Shown here piece by piece: positions 19,155 to 29,545 of a DNA stretch of 64,000 nucleotides. The position numbers were made by a program, and so were the translations under genes. The notes under the pieces are model-generated. The model did no database searches and was not told where the DNA came from. It worked only from the letters and a program-made list of their open reading frames with translations. The DNA comes from an uncultured SAR86 cluster bacterium (lineage in GTDB: Bacteria; Pseudomonadota; Gammaproteobacteria; Magnimaribacterales; D2472), in contig CACNXK010000003.1 in the NCBI GenBank assembly GCA_902624425.1, forward strand, positions 41,798-105,797, in the 5' to 3' direction. Within the stretch, counting starts at the first letter, position 1, and each line of letters starts with the position of its first letter.

Positions 19155-19954
19155 GTCTTACTATCTAAATTGGATTCAACAGCTTGAAGTATTGGCTTAA
19201 AACATTTTGGCGAACAGCAAACAATATTCTCGCTGCCATGATACTTTGGACTTCCATAAAAGTCTGAAAGAAGGGCTCCAGCTTCTTCGGCAATAACTAT
19301 TCCTGCAGCAACATCCCATGGCTTGAGGCCATTACCCCAAAAACCATCCAATCTTCCAGCAGCAATATAAGCTAAATCTAGAGCAGAACAGCCAGTTCTT
19401 CGAATGGTAATCTCATTTTTGTAAAGCTCCATAAAAGTACCAAGCAAGTTATATTTATAATCCTGTTCCGGAGTGCTGCGTGAACTACAGCTCAATAATG
19501 CATCTGTTAGGCTTTTTTGATCACTTACCCTTATTCTTTCTCCATTTAACTGAGCACCTTTACCTTTTGATGCAGAAAATTCCTCTCTTCTTGTTGGATC
19601 AATTATGACTCCATGAGTAGGTACTCCATCAACTAAGGCACACAGGGAAATACAGTAATGAGGGAATCCTTTAATAAAATTTGTAGTTCCATCAATTGGA
19701 TCAAGTATCCATGTCACATTTGAGTTATTAATTTCTTCACCCGACTCCTCACCTAAGAAATTATGCTCAGGATAATAAGATTTAATATCTTCAAATATTA
19801 TTTGTTCAACTCGTCTATCAACTTCAGTAACATAATCAGTAGATCCTTTTTTTTCTACCTTAAGCTTGTGAAGTTTTTTTACTGCAAATTCTAACTCTAC
19901 TGCTCCTTTTCGGGCAGCCATAAGTCCTATATTTAATAATGCTGGTTGATTCAT
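19151..19954 (-). CDS. suhB: Inositol-1-monophosphatase family protein SuhB
   Basis: WILDPIDGTTNF and WDVAAG motifs. I prefer the start MNQPALLNIGLMAARKG (cat at 19952-19954), which matches the E. coli SuhB N-terminus. The track start at 19981 is 9 codons further upstream. Confidence 0.9.
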   Translation of the reverse strand: MNQPALLNIGLMAARKGAVELEFAVKKLHKLKVEKKGSTDYVTEVDRRVEQIIFEDIKSYYPEHNFLGEESGEEINNSNVTWILDPIDGTTNFIKGFPHYCISLCALVDGVPTHGVIIDPTRREEFSASKGKGAQLNGERIRVSDQKSLTDALLSCSSRSTPEQDYKYNLLGTFMELYKNEITIRRTGCSALDLAYIAAGRLDGFWGNGLKPWDVAAGIVIAEEAGALLSDFYGSPKYHGSENIVCCSPKCFKPILQAVESNLDSKT

Positions 19955-19990
19955 CTCGCATATTGTAATGGAAATATTCATAATAACGAT

Positions 19991-20716
19991 ATGAATGACA
20001 TAAAAAATCAGATTGACATTGTTTTAGTGGAAACTTCTCATCCAGGCAATATCGGTTCTGTTGCAAGAGCAATGAAAACAATGGGCCTCAAAAATCTAAT
20101 ATTAGTAAATCCAAAAGACTTTCCAAGCAAAGATGCATTTGTCTTATCTGGCAATGCGCAAGATGTAATTGAGCAGGCAATTGTTGTTAAAACTCTTGAT
20201 GAAGCTTTAAGAGAAAGTACTAATATTTACGCTACCTCAGCAAGAACACGAACTATCTCGTGGCCAATTATTACAGCAGATGAAGCTGGTATAGAGATAA
20301 ATAAGAATGTTAATAAAGATTCAAAAACATCGATAATCTTTGGAAGAGAGGATAGGGGGCTAACTAATGACGAATTACAAAAGGCTAATAAGCATATCTT
20401 GATTCCATCAAGCGAAGAGTATCCAGTTCTAAATATTGCAATGTCAGTTCAAGTTATCGCTTATGAGATTTTTAAAAATTCTGATAATGAAATTGATACT
20501 GAGTGGCAAGATTATCCGGAACTTAATTCAAAGGAATTAACAATGCTTATAGATCACTTCATTGATACAAGTTATAAACTTAATTTGTTTGATGAAGAGA
20601 ATGCAAAAAAAATTCTTGTCAGAATTAAAAGAATGTTTACACGATTAAAACCTGACAAGATGGAAGGCAATTTTCTTCGTGGATTTTTAACAAGAGTTAA
20701 TAAAAAAATTAAGTAA
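19991..20716 (+). CDS. trmJ: tRNA (cytidine/uridine-2'-O)-methyltransferase TrmJ
   Basis: From the ATG at 19991, MNDIKNQIDIVLVETSHPGNIGSVARAMKTMGL matches the TrmJ N-terminus. Divergent from suhB, as in E. coli. Confidence 0.9.
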   Translation: MNDIKNQIDIVLVETSHPGNIGSVARAMKTMGLKNLILVNPKDFPSKDAFVLSGNAQDVIEQAIVVKTLDEALRESTNIYATSARTRTISWPIITADEAGIEINKNVNKDSKTSIIFGREDRGLTNDELQKANKHILIPSSEEYPVLNIAMSVQVIAYEIFKNSDNEIDTEWQDYPELNSKELTMLIDHFIDTSYKLNLFDEENAKKILVRIKRMFTRLKPDKMEGNFLRGFLTRVNKKIK

Positions 20717-20723
20717 TCAATAT

Positions 20724-20751
20724 TTGAAAGAAGCCTTTAAATGATTATAAT
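20724..20751 (+). promoter_or_regulatory. Sigma-70 type promoter for tRNA-Glu
   Basis: TTGAAA (20724-20729), 16 nt, TATAAT (20746-20751). The tRNA starts at 20762. Confidence 0.6.
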
Positions 20752-20761
20752 TACGGCTCCT

Positions 20762-20837
<76 letters not shown>

Positions 20838-20847
20838 ATTTCTTAAA

Positions 20848-20871
20848 AAGCCCTTTAATTAGGGCTTTTTT
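20848..20871 (+). terminator. Rho-independent terminator after tRNA-Glu
   Basis: Stem AAGCCCT / AGGGCTT, loop TTAATT, followed by a T-run. Confidence 0.75.
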
Positions 20872-20922
20872 ATTACTTATTCAGGGAAAATGTATATTAT
20901 TAGGACATACCTTTTTTATAAA

Positions 20923-22689
20923 ATGAATAAGTTTTTATTTATATTAAGTATTTTTTCTTTTAATGCTTTTACAACCAATCTTGATACTAAGAATTCACTC
21001 ATTGAATTTTATGGAATATCAAATACTAAGATCAACATTGTTATCAAGGATAATATAGATATTCAGGGCAAAGTTACTTCTGCTGGCTCGCTTGCTCTTG
21101 AAAAGAATATTGCATCAAAAAATGCTTTTATCATTCAAAAGCTCATCGATGCTGATTTTCATATAGCTGGAAAAGCAAATTTATCCGAATGGGCTAATTT
21201 TAGAAGTGAAGATTCTGTAAGTGGCTGGTCAAGCTATGGAGGCCAAACAAAACATTTCTTAAATACTGAATATAATCCATGTGGATCAAGTTCTGGGTCT
21301 GCTGTTGCAGTTGCAATTGGAATTGTAGACATAGCTATTGGAACAGAGACTAATGGATCAATATCTTGTCCATCTTCAGTGAACGGAATTGTTGGATTTA
21401 AGCCTACTGTTGGTCTTGTGAGTAGATCGGGAATTATTCCTATCTCAAGCACTCAAGATACCGCAGGTCCAATGGGTAAATCTGTCGATCTGGTTGCTAA
21501 AACCTTACAGGTTATTGCTGGATATGATCCATTAGATCCAGCCACCCAAGATATTCCAGATGATTTAGATTTAAATTTTTCAAAAGATTTAGAGAATTCA
21601 TCTATAGCAGGAAAAAGATTTGCTATTCTTCAATCTGACTCAAGTAATATATTAATTAAACCTAAGCTTGATGCGATAAAAAAAATACTCTCAGAAAATG
21701 GAGCAATATTAGTAGAAATTGAAGATACGAGAGAGTATCCAGGAGAGGACGAATATTTTCTTTTAAAATATGAATTTAAGCATGGCTTAGAAAAATATTT
21801 GCATTACGCATCAGAAAAAAAGAAAACACTTCAAGAAATAATAGACTTTAATGGGAAAAACCGTAAACGTGTAATGCCATACTTTGGCCAAGATATTCTA
21901 ATTGCATCACTTGAGGCTTCAAAAGATGAAGAGCGTTACAAGACAGCAATTAAAAGAACTAAAGCAATTAAAGATCAGACCCTAGACTTATTCAATAAAT
22001 ATGATCTTGATGCGATGATTGGATTAACAAGAGGACCTGCTTGGAAAATAAATTATGATGGTGGTGATTCAGTAGCTATTGATAGATCAAAAAGTTTTGG
22101 TAATGGGGGTTTCGCAGCAATTTCTGGATTGCCTCATTTAACAATTCCATTCTTTGAAATAGATAACTTCCCAGTTGGACTTTCTATAATTGGTTATCCT
22201 TGGAGTGACAAGAAGGTTTTAGAAATAGGCGCTTTTTTAGAGGGAAAGAAAAAAGTTAATATTGACTATGAAATATCATCAAATGGGCTTTGTAAAGTTT
22301 ATAGAGATGATACGTTAACGGGTTATTACTATCGTGTTTCTGATTGTGCTAATGATGCAGAATTTACACCCATTTATAAAAGAGCTGCTGAGTATCCAAT
22401 GAGAGCAATGAGTAGAAATATTATGGGCTATTCTATTGTTATGTTTGATATTGAGAAAAATGGAAAGACCTCAAATCATAAAATTACAGAAGAGAAGTGT
22501 TTCAATATTAAAGCAGATGGAAATTACTATTGGTATGAGTCATCTGATGAGACAGTATACATGCCAATAGATTGTAAATATTTCAATAACAGCACTATAA
22601 AAGCTGCCAAGAGGCTAAGATATGAAAATAATTTTGGAGGAATTATAAAAGAGGTTGAACATAAGTTTACCTACCTTCTGAAGGACTAA
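20923..22689 (+). CDS. Exported amidase-signature enzyme with C-terminal TonB-C-like domain
   Basis: Signal peptide [17 protein letters not shown]. Amidase signature [11 protein letters not shown]...[12 protein letters not shown]...[12 protein letters not shown]. The tail [40 protein letters not shown]...[10 protein letters not shown] resembles a TonB C-terminal domain. An alternative start lies at 20890. Confidence 0.75.
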   Translation: MNKFLFILSIFSFNAFTTNLDTKNSLIEFYGISNTKINIVIKDNIDIQGKVTSAGSLALEKNIASKNAFIIQKLIDADFHIAGKANLSEWANFRSEDSVSGWSSYGGQTKHFLNTEYNPCGSSSGSAVAVAIGIVDIAIGTETNGSISCPSSVNGIVGFKPTVGLVSRSGIIPISSTQDTAGPMGKSVDLVAKTLQVIAGYDPLDPATQDIPDDLDLNFSKDLENSSIAGKRFAILQSDSSNILIKPKLDAIKKILSENGAILVEIEDTREYPGEDEYFLLKYEFKHGLEKYLHYASEKKKTLQEIIDFNGKNRKRVMPYFGQDILIASLEASKDEERYKTAIKRTKAIKDQTLDLFNKYDLDAMIGLTRGPAWKINYDGGDSVAIDRSKSFGNGGFAAISGLPHLTIPFFEIDNFPVGLSIIGYPWSDKKVLEIGAFLEGKKKVNIDYEISSNGLCKVYRDDTLTGYYYRVSDCANDAEFTPIYKRAAEYPMRAMSRNIMGYSIVMFDIEKNGKTSNHKITEEKCFNIKADGNYYWYESSDETVYMPIDCKYFNNSTIKAAKRLRYENNFGGIIKEVEHKFTYLLKD

Positions 22690-22691
22690 TT

Positions 22692-23591
22692 ATGGAAACA
22701 ACATTACTTTTCAAAACGACGCTTATTCTAACTTTTGAACTTGGAATTGCCTTTGGGTTATGTATATATTTGCTTAAAGCTGCAAAAAGGGCAGCCTTAG
22801 CCGAAAAACCCTTTTTTGGAGTTTATTTTAGACTTGCCGTGAATATGAAAAATGAAATTGATTTGATCCCAGATGCAACAAGAGTAATTGAATATCCAAG
22901 AACAATGCAGAAGCAAGTTATTAAACCAAAGGAGGAATGGAAGAATCCAAGAAAACAGGAAACTGAAGTCGTATTTGTAAATGCTGAAAATAGGGAAGAA
23001 GCAATTGCGTATCTTAAAGATGGCTTCTATGACAGTCTATTTATACCAAAAATAATTCAAGAGTCTTTTGGACTATGGTTGCTATCAAGTATTGCTCTTT
23101 TTATAGCATCTATTTCACCTCCGCATGAGAATTACCTCTTGTTAGGAATGTCCCTTTTTACATTCTCAAATTTATGCTTGGGTCCTCTTTTGGCCTGGAT
23201 CATGTTGATGATGGATGAAAATGATGGAATAAGAGCTTTGAAAATAACTATAATTGTTACATTTTTAGCAGGCTTTATTGGTTACTCTGATTTTTATAGT
23301 TTTGCTCAAAATGGATATCTCATATTATTGATGTTTCTATTACTAACGGGCCTTATAATTTTGTCTCTAGTCAATATTATTAGAGGATTCTCAAGAGGCA
23401 CATCTAGGTTAATAGCTATAGGCGGAGCAGCTTTATTCACTTTGTTCATAATTGTAGATTTCAATAGGTTAGTTTATCTTGAAGACTTAAATATTAATGA
23501 CTGGAATACAGCTTTTTATATGTCATATACACTTTACTTAGATATTATAAATTTACTATTACAGATTTTAGATGCAATGAGTAACTCATAA
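22692..23591 (+). CDS. Bax inhibitor-1/YccA family membrane protein with about 85-aa insertion after TM1
   Basis: C-terminal family motif FIIVDFNRL...YTLYLDIINLLLQIL, multiple TM segments, and a hydrophilic insert KAAKRAALAEK...NREEAIAYLKDG. Confidence 0.6.
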   Translation: METTLLFKTTLILTFELGIAFGLCIYLLKAAKRAALAEKPFFGVYFRLAVNMKNEIDLIPDATRVIEYPRTMQKQVIKPKEEWKNPRKQETEVVFVNAENREEAIAYLKDGFYDSLFIPKIIQESFGLWLLSSIALFIASISPPHENYLLLGMSLFTFSNLCLGPLLAWIMLMMDENDGIRALKITIIVTFLAGFIGYSDFYSFAQNGYLILLMFLLLTGLIILSLVNIIRGFSRGTSRLIAIGGAALFTLFIIVDFNRLVYLEDLNINDWNTAFYMSYTLYLDIINLLLQILDAMSNS

Positions 23592-23944
23592 TGAATTCAT
23601 CTTTTTTTAAGCTATTAAAGACATCAACATTGGTAACTTTATTTTTTTCTTCGATGTTGTTTTCTGATGAATATTTCATTATTGATGTTCGATCATTGGA
23701 TGAAGTACAAACAGGAATTTTAGAGGATGCTATTCATATTGAATGGACCAAAATTAGTTCAGAAATAGATAATTTAAATCTTTCCAAAGATGATGAAATT
23801 TTTCTTTATTGCAGAAGTGGAAATAGATCTGGCAAAGCCCAAGTTATTTTACAAAATCTTGGATTTACAAATGTCTTGAATGCCGGAGGTATCAATGAAG
23901 CTGCCAAAAAGCTAGAAAAGAAAATAGTTAAATATTCAGATTAA
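23591..23944 (+). CDS. Exported single-domain rhodanese sulfurtransferase (PspE-like)
   Basis: Signal peptide and active-site loop YCRSGNRSGKA. Confidence 0.8.
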   Translation: MNSSFFKLLKTSTLVTLFFSSMLFSDEYFIIDVRSLDEVQTGILEDAIHIEWTKISSEIDNLNLSKDDEIFLYCRSGNRSGKAQVILQNLGFTNVLNAGGINEAAKKLEKKIVKYSD

Positions 23945-23973
23945 TTAATACTAATAAGTGATAAAATCTTCAT

Positions 23974-26619
23974 ATGAAATCTGGTAAAGATTTTGATCCA
24001 ATCGAAACAAGAGAATGGATTGAATCACTCGATGATGTAATAGATGATCAGGGAACTGATAGAGCTTCATTTCTTCTCAATAAATTAGCTAAACATTTAA
24101 TGGCTAAGGGTGCAGTCCCTTCATATAACTTAACAACACCTTTCAAAAATACTATTTCACCTGAAAATGAGGCTATGATGCCCGGCGATCTTTTCATGGA
24201 AAGAAGAATAAGATCATTAATTAGATGGAATGCTCTTGTAACGGTTTTAAGAGCTAATAAAAGTGATGATGAGCTAGGCGGACATATTGCTACCTTCTCT
24301 TCAGCTGCCATGCTTTACGATATAGGCTTTAATTATTTTTTTAGAGGACAAGAAAGTAAAAATGACGATTTAATCTATTTCCAAGGGCATTCTTCACCTG
24401 GAATTTATGCAAGAAGTTTTCTTGAGGGTCGCTTAGATGAAGATGATTTAGATAATTTCAGAAGAGAGGTTGATAAACCAGGACTCTCTTCATATCCACA
24501 TCCCTGGTTAATGCCTGATTACTGGCAGTTTCCTGTAGTTTCAATGGGTCTTGGTCCCATATCTGCAATCTATCAAGCGCATGTTATGAAGTATTTGCAT
24601 GCTAGAGGTTTGAAAGACTTAGGGGATAGAAAAATCTGGGGCTTTTGGGGAGATGGAGAAATGGATGAGCCTGAATCATTAGGTGCTATTGGTTTAGCTG
24701 CAAGAGAAAAGTTAGACAATTTAATCTTTGTAATTAACTGTAATTTGCAAAGGCTTGATGGTCCTGTGCGAGGAAATGGAAAAGTCATTCAGGAGCTTGA
24801 AAGACAATTTAGAGGCTCAGGCTGGAATGTGATTAAAGTAGTTTGGGGCAGATTGTGGGATCCTATAATTGCAAAAGATAAAACAGGAAATCTTCAAAAA
24901 ATAATGGATGAGGTTGTTGATGGTGAAATGCAAAACTTTAAGGCAAAAGGAGGCGCATATACAAGAGAACATTTCTTTGGAAAGCATCCTGATGCACTGA
25001 AGCTTGTCAAAGGTCTTTCCGATGAGGAGATTTATAAACTTAATCGAGGTGGACATGATCCTTATAAAGTTTATGCTGCATATCACGAAGCAGTTAATCA
25101 TAAAGGATCTCCTACAGTTATTCTCGCACTAACAACTAAGGGATATGGTGTAGGATCTAGAGAGGCGGACAATACTACTCATCAGGTAAAAAAACTTTCT
25201 TTAGATAATATAAAAATCTTTAGAGATAGATTTGATATACCAGTTTCAGATGAGGAAATAGAAAATCTTCCATATGTTCGTCCAAAAAAAGACTCTCCTG
25301 AAATCAAATACCTCAAAGAGACAAGGGAAAAACTTGGAGGACCAATTCCAAAAAGAAGGAAGCATAACGAAGTTCTAAAACTTAAAAATAAAGATGCTTT
25401 TAAGGTAATACATGATGGAAGTGGTGAAAGGAAAGTCTCTACAACTACTAACTGCGTAAGGATTATGAATAACCTTATTAAAGATGAATCAATTGGAGAG
25501 CGTGTAGTTCCAATAGTCCCAGATGAAGCAAGAACATTCGGAATGGAGGGAATGTTTAAACAAATCGGTATCTACTCATCTGAGGGCCAACTTTATGAAC
25601 CAGAAGATGCTGACCAAGTGATGTGGTACAAAGAGTCTGAGACTGGAGTCATGCTTGAGGAGGGAATTACGGAAGCAGGATCATTTGCTGCATGGACTGC
25701 ACTAGCAACCTCATACACAAATCATAATTTAACTATGATCCCTTTTTATGTTTTTTATTCAATGTTTGGATTTCAAAGAATTCATGACTTAGCGTGGGCT
25801 GCAGGTGATGCTCAGGCCAAAGGATTCTTAATTGGTGCAACATCTGGAAGAACCACCTTAAATGGAGAAGGTCTTCAGCATCAAGACGGGCATAGTCACA
25901 TCTTATCTTCAACTATTCCTAACTGTAAATCATATGATCCAGCATATGGTTACGAATTAGCTGTAATAATTGAGCATGGCCTCAAGGAGATGTATCAAGA
26001 TAAGAAAAATTATTTTTATTATTTGACGGTCACAAATGAAAGGTATGTCCAACCTCCTAAGCCAAAAGGAAAGAATACCGATATGAACATAATCAAAGGA
26101 ATGCATAGGATTCGCGAGGTTAAAAATCCTAAGGTTAGATTGCTGGGGTCAGGTTCAATTTTAAACGAAAGCATTAAAGCAGCTGAAAAGCTCAATGATT
26201 ATGGTATAGAAAGTGAAATTTGGAGTGTTACAAGTTTTAATATGCTGCGTAAAGATGGAATGGAAACTGAGAATCAAAATATTAAAAATCCAACTAGTAA
26301 AGCAAAAGAAGCCTTTGTAACAAAATCTTTCTCTGAAAATGAGATTCCTACTATTGCATCAACAGATTATATGAGAGCTTACTCTGAACAAATTAGACCA
26401 TATATTAATTCTGCATATTACACGCTTGGAACAGATGGTTTTGGAAGAAGTGACAGCAGAGATAAGTTACGAGAATTTTTTGAAATTGATGCTAACAGCA
26501 TTGTAATGACCTCAGCTTATGCGCTTCATAAAGAAGGAAAAATTGATAAAAAAGAACTTCAAAAGATTTATAAAGATATCAAGGTTGATAAAAACAAAAT
26601 TTCGCCTTGGAATGAGTAA
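23974..26619 (+). CDS. aceE: Pyruvate dehydrogenase E1 component
   Basis: 881 aa homodimeric-type E1. GHIATFSSAA, FQGHSSPGIYARSFLEGR, GDGEMDEPES. Confidence 0.96.
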   Translation: MKSGKDFDPIETREWIESLDDVIDDQGTDRASFLLNKLAKHLMAKGAVPSYNLTTPFKNTISPENEAMMPGDLFMERRIRSLIRWNALVTVLRANKSDDELGGHIATFSSAAMLYDIGFNYFFRGQESKNDDLIYFQGHSSPGIYARSFLEGRLDEDDLDNFRREVDKPGLSSYPHPWLMPDYWQFPVVSMGLGPISAIYQAHVMKYLHARGLKDLGDRKIWGFWGDGEMDEPESLGAIGLAAREKLDNLIFVINCNLQRLDGPVRGNGKVIQELERQFRGSGWNVIKVVWGRLWDPIIAKDKTGNLQKIMDEVVDGEMQNFKAKGGAYTREHFFGKHPDALKLVKGLSDEEIYKLNRGGHDPYKVYAAYHEAVNHKGSPTVILALTTKGYGVGSREADNTTHQVKKLSLDNIKIFRDRFDIPVSDEEIENLPYVRPKKDSPEIKYLKETREKLGGPIPKRRKHNEVLKLKNKDAFKVIHDGSGERKVSTTTNCVRIMNNLIKDESIGERVVPIVPDEARTFGMEGMFKQIGIYSSEGQLYEPEDADQVMWYKESETGVMLEEGITEAGSFAAWTALATSYTNHNLTMIPFYVFYSMFGFQRIHDLAWAAGDAQAKGFLIGATSGRTTLNGEGLQHQDGHSHILSSTIPNCKSYDPAYGYELAVIIEHGLKEMYQDKKNYFYYLTVTNERYVQPPKPKGKNTDMNIIKGMHRIREVKNPKVRLLGSGSILNESIKAAEKLNDYGIESEIWSVTSFNMLRKDGMETENQNIKNPTSKAKEAFVTKSFSENEIPTIASTDYMRAYSEQIRPYINSAYYTLGTDGFGRSDSRDKLREFFEIDANSIVMTSAYALHKEGKIDKKELQKIYKDIKVDKNKISPWNE

Positions 26620-27891
26620 ATGAAACAAATAATTAAAATTCCAAGTTTGGGTGATGCAGAAAATACTGAAGTCATAGAAATCTGTGTTAATCCTGGTGAC
26701 AGTGTTGGTTCAGATGATTCAATTGTTGTTCTTGAATCTGAAAAAGCAGCTATGGATGTCCCTGCTTCAAAGCAAGGAGTCGTAAAGAAAGTTCTTGTAA
26801 AAATTGGGGATGAAGTTAAAGAGGGCGATGACTTTTTGGAAATTGAAGTTTCTGAGGAGGTAATCAAAGAGAAAAAATCAGATCAAAATAAGAAAGATGA
26901 TTTGCAACATGACGAAGCTTCTAAAGAGGAGGTTGTTGTGGAGCAAGCTGTTGTAAAAGAGGATGTTGTTCAGGAATCAGATGAATCGCAAGAATATAAA
27001 ACTTCCAAATCTGGAATTTATGCTGGTCCTGCAGTTAGAAAGTTGGCAAGAGAGTTTGGCATAAATTTGAATGAGGTTTTAGCTTCCGGTCCCAGAAATA
27101 GAATACTTAAAGAAGATCTTCATAAATTCGTAAAATCTAAACTCAAAGATTCTTCATCTGGAATTCCAAAAATGCCAAGTATTGATTTTTCTGAATTTGG
27201 TGATGTTGAAGAGATTGATCTTACAAAATTCCAAAAAACATCTGCTTTAAATCTCCAGCAATCTTGGATAACTATCCCTCATGTTACGCAACATGATGAA
27301 ACCTCAATAGATGAGCTATTAGAACTTAGGAAATCACTTATTAAAAAATATAAAACAAAAGTCTCACCATTAGCATTCTTTGCAAAAGGTATATGCAGAT
27401 TACTTGAAGAATTCCCTATGTTTAATGCATCTATTGATATGAATAGTATGAAGATAATCAAAAAAGACTTTATAAATCTTGGTATTGCAGTTGATACTCC
27501 GCAAGGATTAATTGTTCCAAATATTAAGTCAACAAATAAACTTTCTATTCAAGAAATCTCTAATGAAATAGGAAGGCTAGCTGATTTGGCGAAATCTAGA
27601 AAAATTAAAGTTGCTGACTTAAAGGGATCTACATTCACCATAAGCTCTCTCGGAAGTTTTGGAGGAAGATACTTTACTCCAATTATTAATCCACCTGAAG
27701 TTGCCATATTAGGCATTTCAAAAAGCTATGAATCGGTTTTGATTGAGGAGGGAAAGCCTAAAAAATCAGTTAAACTTCCAATATCTCTATCTTATGATCA
27801 TCGAATTATTAACGGTGTTGAGGGGGTTAGGTTTACAACAAGATTTTGTGAAATTTTACAAGATGTTAATTTTTTTAAGGAGAATTTTTAA
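26620..27891 (+). CDS. aceF: Dihydrolipoamide acetyltransferase E2 (single lipoyl domain)
   Basis: Lipoyl motif VLESEKAAMDVPA, an E3-binding segment (AGPAVRKLAREFGINL) and the catalytic SYDHRIINGVEG. Confidence 0.95.
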   Translation: MKQIIKIPSLGDAENTEVIEICVNPGDSVGSDDSIVVLESEKAAMDVPASKQGVVKKVLVKIGDEVKEGDDFLEIEVSEEVIKEKKSDQNKKDDLQHDEASKEEVVVEQAVVKEDVVQESDESQEYKTSKSGIYAGPAVRKLAREFGINLNEVLASGPRNRILKEDLHKFVKSKLKDSSSGIPKMPSIDFSEFGDVEEIDLTKFQKTSALNLQQSWITIPHVTQHDETSIDELLELRKSLIKKYKTKVSPLAFFAKGICRLLEEFPMFNASIDMNSMKIIKKDFINLGIAVDTPQGLIVPNIKSTNKLSIQEISNEIGRLADLAKSRKIKVADLKGSTFTISSLGSFGGRYFTPIINPPEVAILGISKSYESVLIEEGKPKKSVKLPISLSYDHRIINGVEGVRFTTRFCEILQDVNFFKENF

Positions 27892-28348
27892 GAATTGCCT
27901 CTTTTGAACCATCATCATTGATTATAACAATCAAAGGTTCCCATACTTCTCCATCACATATAAAAGCAAGACATCCTTCAACCTTAAGCGAACCATCTTC
28001 ATTTAGATAGAGGTTTGATTTATATGTGTTACCACTCCTAGGGTCATAAATTTTTCCTCCCTTAAAGATTTTTTGATTGTTTTCATTTATTTTAAAATTG
28101 CTGAGTAAATTTATCCCTACAAGAGTTCTAGAACGTAATTTTTTATCTTTATTTTCCAGGTCTAATAAACTCTCAGGATCAACTCCATCTTCCACGAAAA
28201 TTGTCTCAATATTTGCACAAATGAAATCATCACAATTTTTTATTTTTACGATGGACCCAGAGGTTAACCAATATCCAAATATATTGGATTCTGAAAAGAT
28301 ATTTAAATTAAAAAAAGTTAATATTAAAAATAAAATATACTTATTCAT
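27875..28348 (-). CDS. Exported DUF2147-family protein
   Basis: Signal peptide MNKYILFLILTFFNLNIFS. GYWLT...KNCDDFICANI...GGKIYDPRSGNTYKSNLYLNEDGSLKVEGC matches the DUF2147 pattern. The 3' end overlaps aceF convergently by 17 nt. Confidence 0.7.
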   Translation of the reverse strand: MNKYILFLILTFFNLNIFSESNIFGYWLTSGSIVKIKNCDDFICANIETIFVEDGVDPESLLDLENKDKKLRSRTLVGINLLSNFKINENNQKIFKGGKIYDPRSGNTYKSNLYLNEDGSLKVEGCLAFICDGEVWEPLIVIINDDGSKEAILKNSP

Positions 28349-28360
28349 GTTAATTATTCT

Positions 28361-29545
28361 TTGAGATTTATGCATAATTTTGTCACACATTTAGAATGTT
28401 CGAAAGTTGGGGATCATTACAAATATGATGAAATAAATAATTTATCAAAAATTAATAAACCACTTCTCGTTAAATATGATTTAGAAAAGATAAAAAACAA
28501 ATTTTCAAGAAAAGATTTCATTCAAGATTTTTCACAGCTACCAGGATTTTGGAAATATCAATATCTTCTTCCTCTTGCAAACGTAAGTTCGGTTATTGAT
28601 TTGGGAGAAGTAATAACACCACTAGTTAAAGTAAGCACGTTTCCAAATTTATTTTTTAAGGATGAAGGCAGACTGCCAACAGGATCTTTCAAAGCTAGGG
28701 GATTAGCTCTAGCAGTTGCAAGAGCAAAAGAATTAGGGATTAAAAAAATTGCTATACCAACGAATGGCAATGCTGGTGCTGCGCTTGCAGCATATGCATC
28801 TGCAGCAGGAATTGAATCCTATGTTTTCTGTCCAAAAGATACTCCTCCAATCAACATTAAAGAGGCAGAATTACAGGGTGCAAAAACATTTACCATTGAT
28901 GGCCTTATTAATGATTGTGGCTTATTAATAGCAGAACATAAAGAAAAAGAAGGTTGGTTTGATATTTCAACATTAAAAGAGCCATATAGACTGGAGGGAA
29001 AGAAAACAATGGGCTTTGAACTAGCTGAGCAATTGAATTGGCAATTACCAAAAAATATATTTTATCCAACTGGAGGAGGTACAGGCTTAATTGGAATGTG
29101 GAAAGCTTTCAATGAACTAAAAAAACTAGGCTGGATCGATTGCGAATTTCCGAAAATGTTTGCAATTCAATCTTCAACATGTTCACCCATTGTAAAGGCA
29201 TTTAACGAGGGAAAAGACTATGCTGATCCTTGGCTAAATGCTCAAACTTTAGCATCGGGTATTAGAGTTCCAGTTGCTGTTGGAGATTTTTTAATTTTAC
29301 AAACTATTAGAGAATCAAATGGTTATGCAATCGCAGTTGATGATCAGGAAATAATAAGAGAAAGAGACAACATAGCTACTACTCATGGATTTTTAGCCTG
29401 TCCTGAGGGAGCCGCAACGTTGGCAGGCTATAATAAAGCACTCCAAATGGGACTGGTTGACGAAAATGAAAAGACAGTTTTATTTAACTGTGCAACCGGA
29501 CTGAAATATCCTATGCCAGAAGTAAATAACAAATTTCATGAATAA
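28361..29545 (+). CDS. Threonine synthase-like PLP-dependent enzyme
   Basis: Fold-type II PLP lysine motif PTGSFKARGLALAV, a glycine loop PTGGGTGLIG, about 390 aa. Start is TTG at 28361 or ATG at 28370. Confidence 0.7.
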   Translation: MRFMHNFVTHLECSKVGDHYKYDEINNLSKINKPLLVKYDLEKIKNKFSRKDFIQDFSQLPGFWKYQYLLPLANVSSVIDLGEVITPLVKVSTFPNLFFKDEGRLPTGSFKARGLALAVARAKELGIKKIAIPTNGNAGAALAAYASAAGIESYVFCPKDTPPINIKEAELQGAKTFTIDGLINDCGLLIAEHKEKEGWFDISTLKEPYRLEGKKTMGFELAEQLNWQLPKNIFYPTGGGTGLIGMWKAFNELKKLGWIDCEFPKMFAIQSSTCSPIVKAFNEGKDYADPWLNAQTLASGIRVPVAVGDFLILQTIRESNGYAIAVDDQEIIRERDNIATTHGFLACPEGAATLAGYNKALQMGLVDENEKTVLFNCATGLKYPMPEVNNKFHE

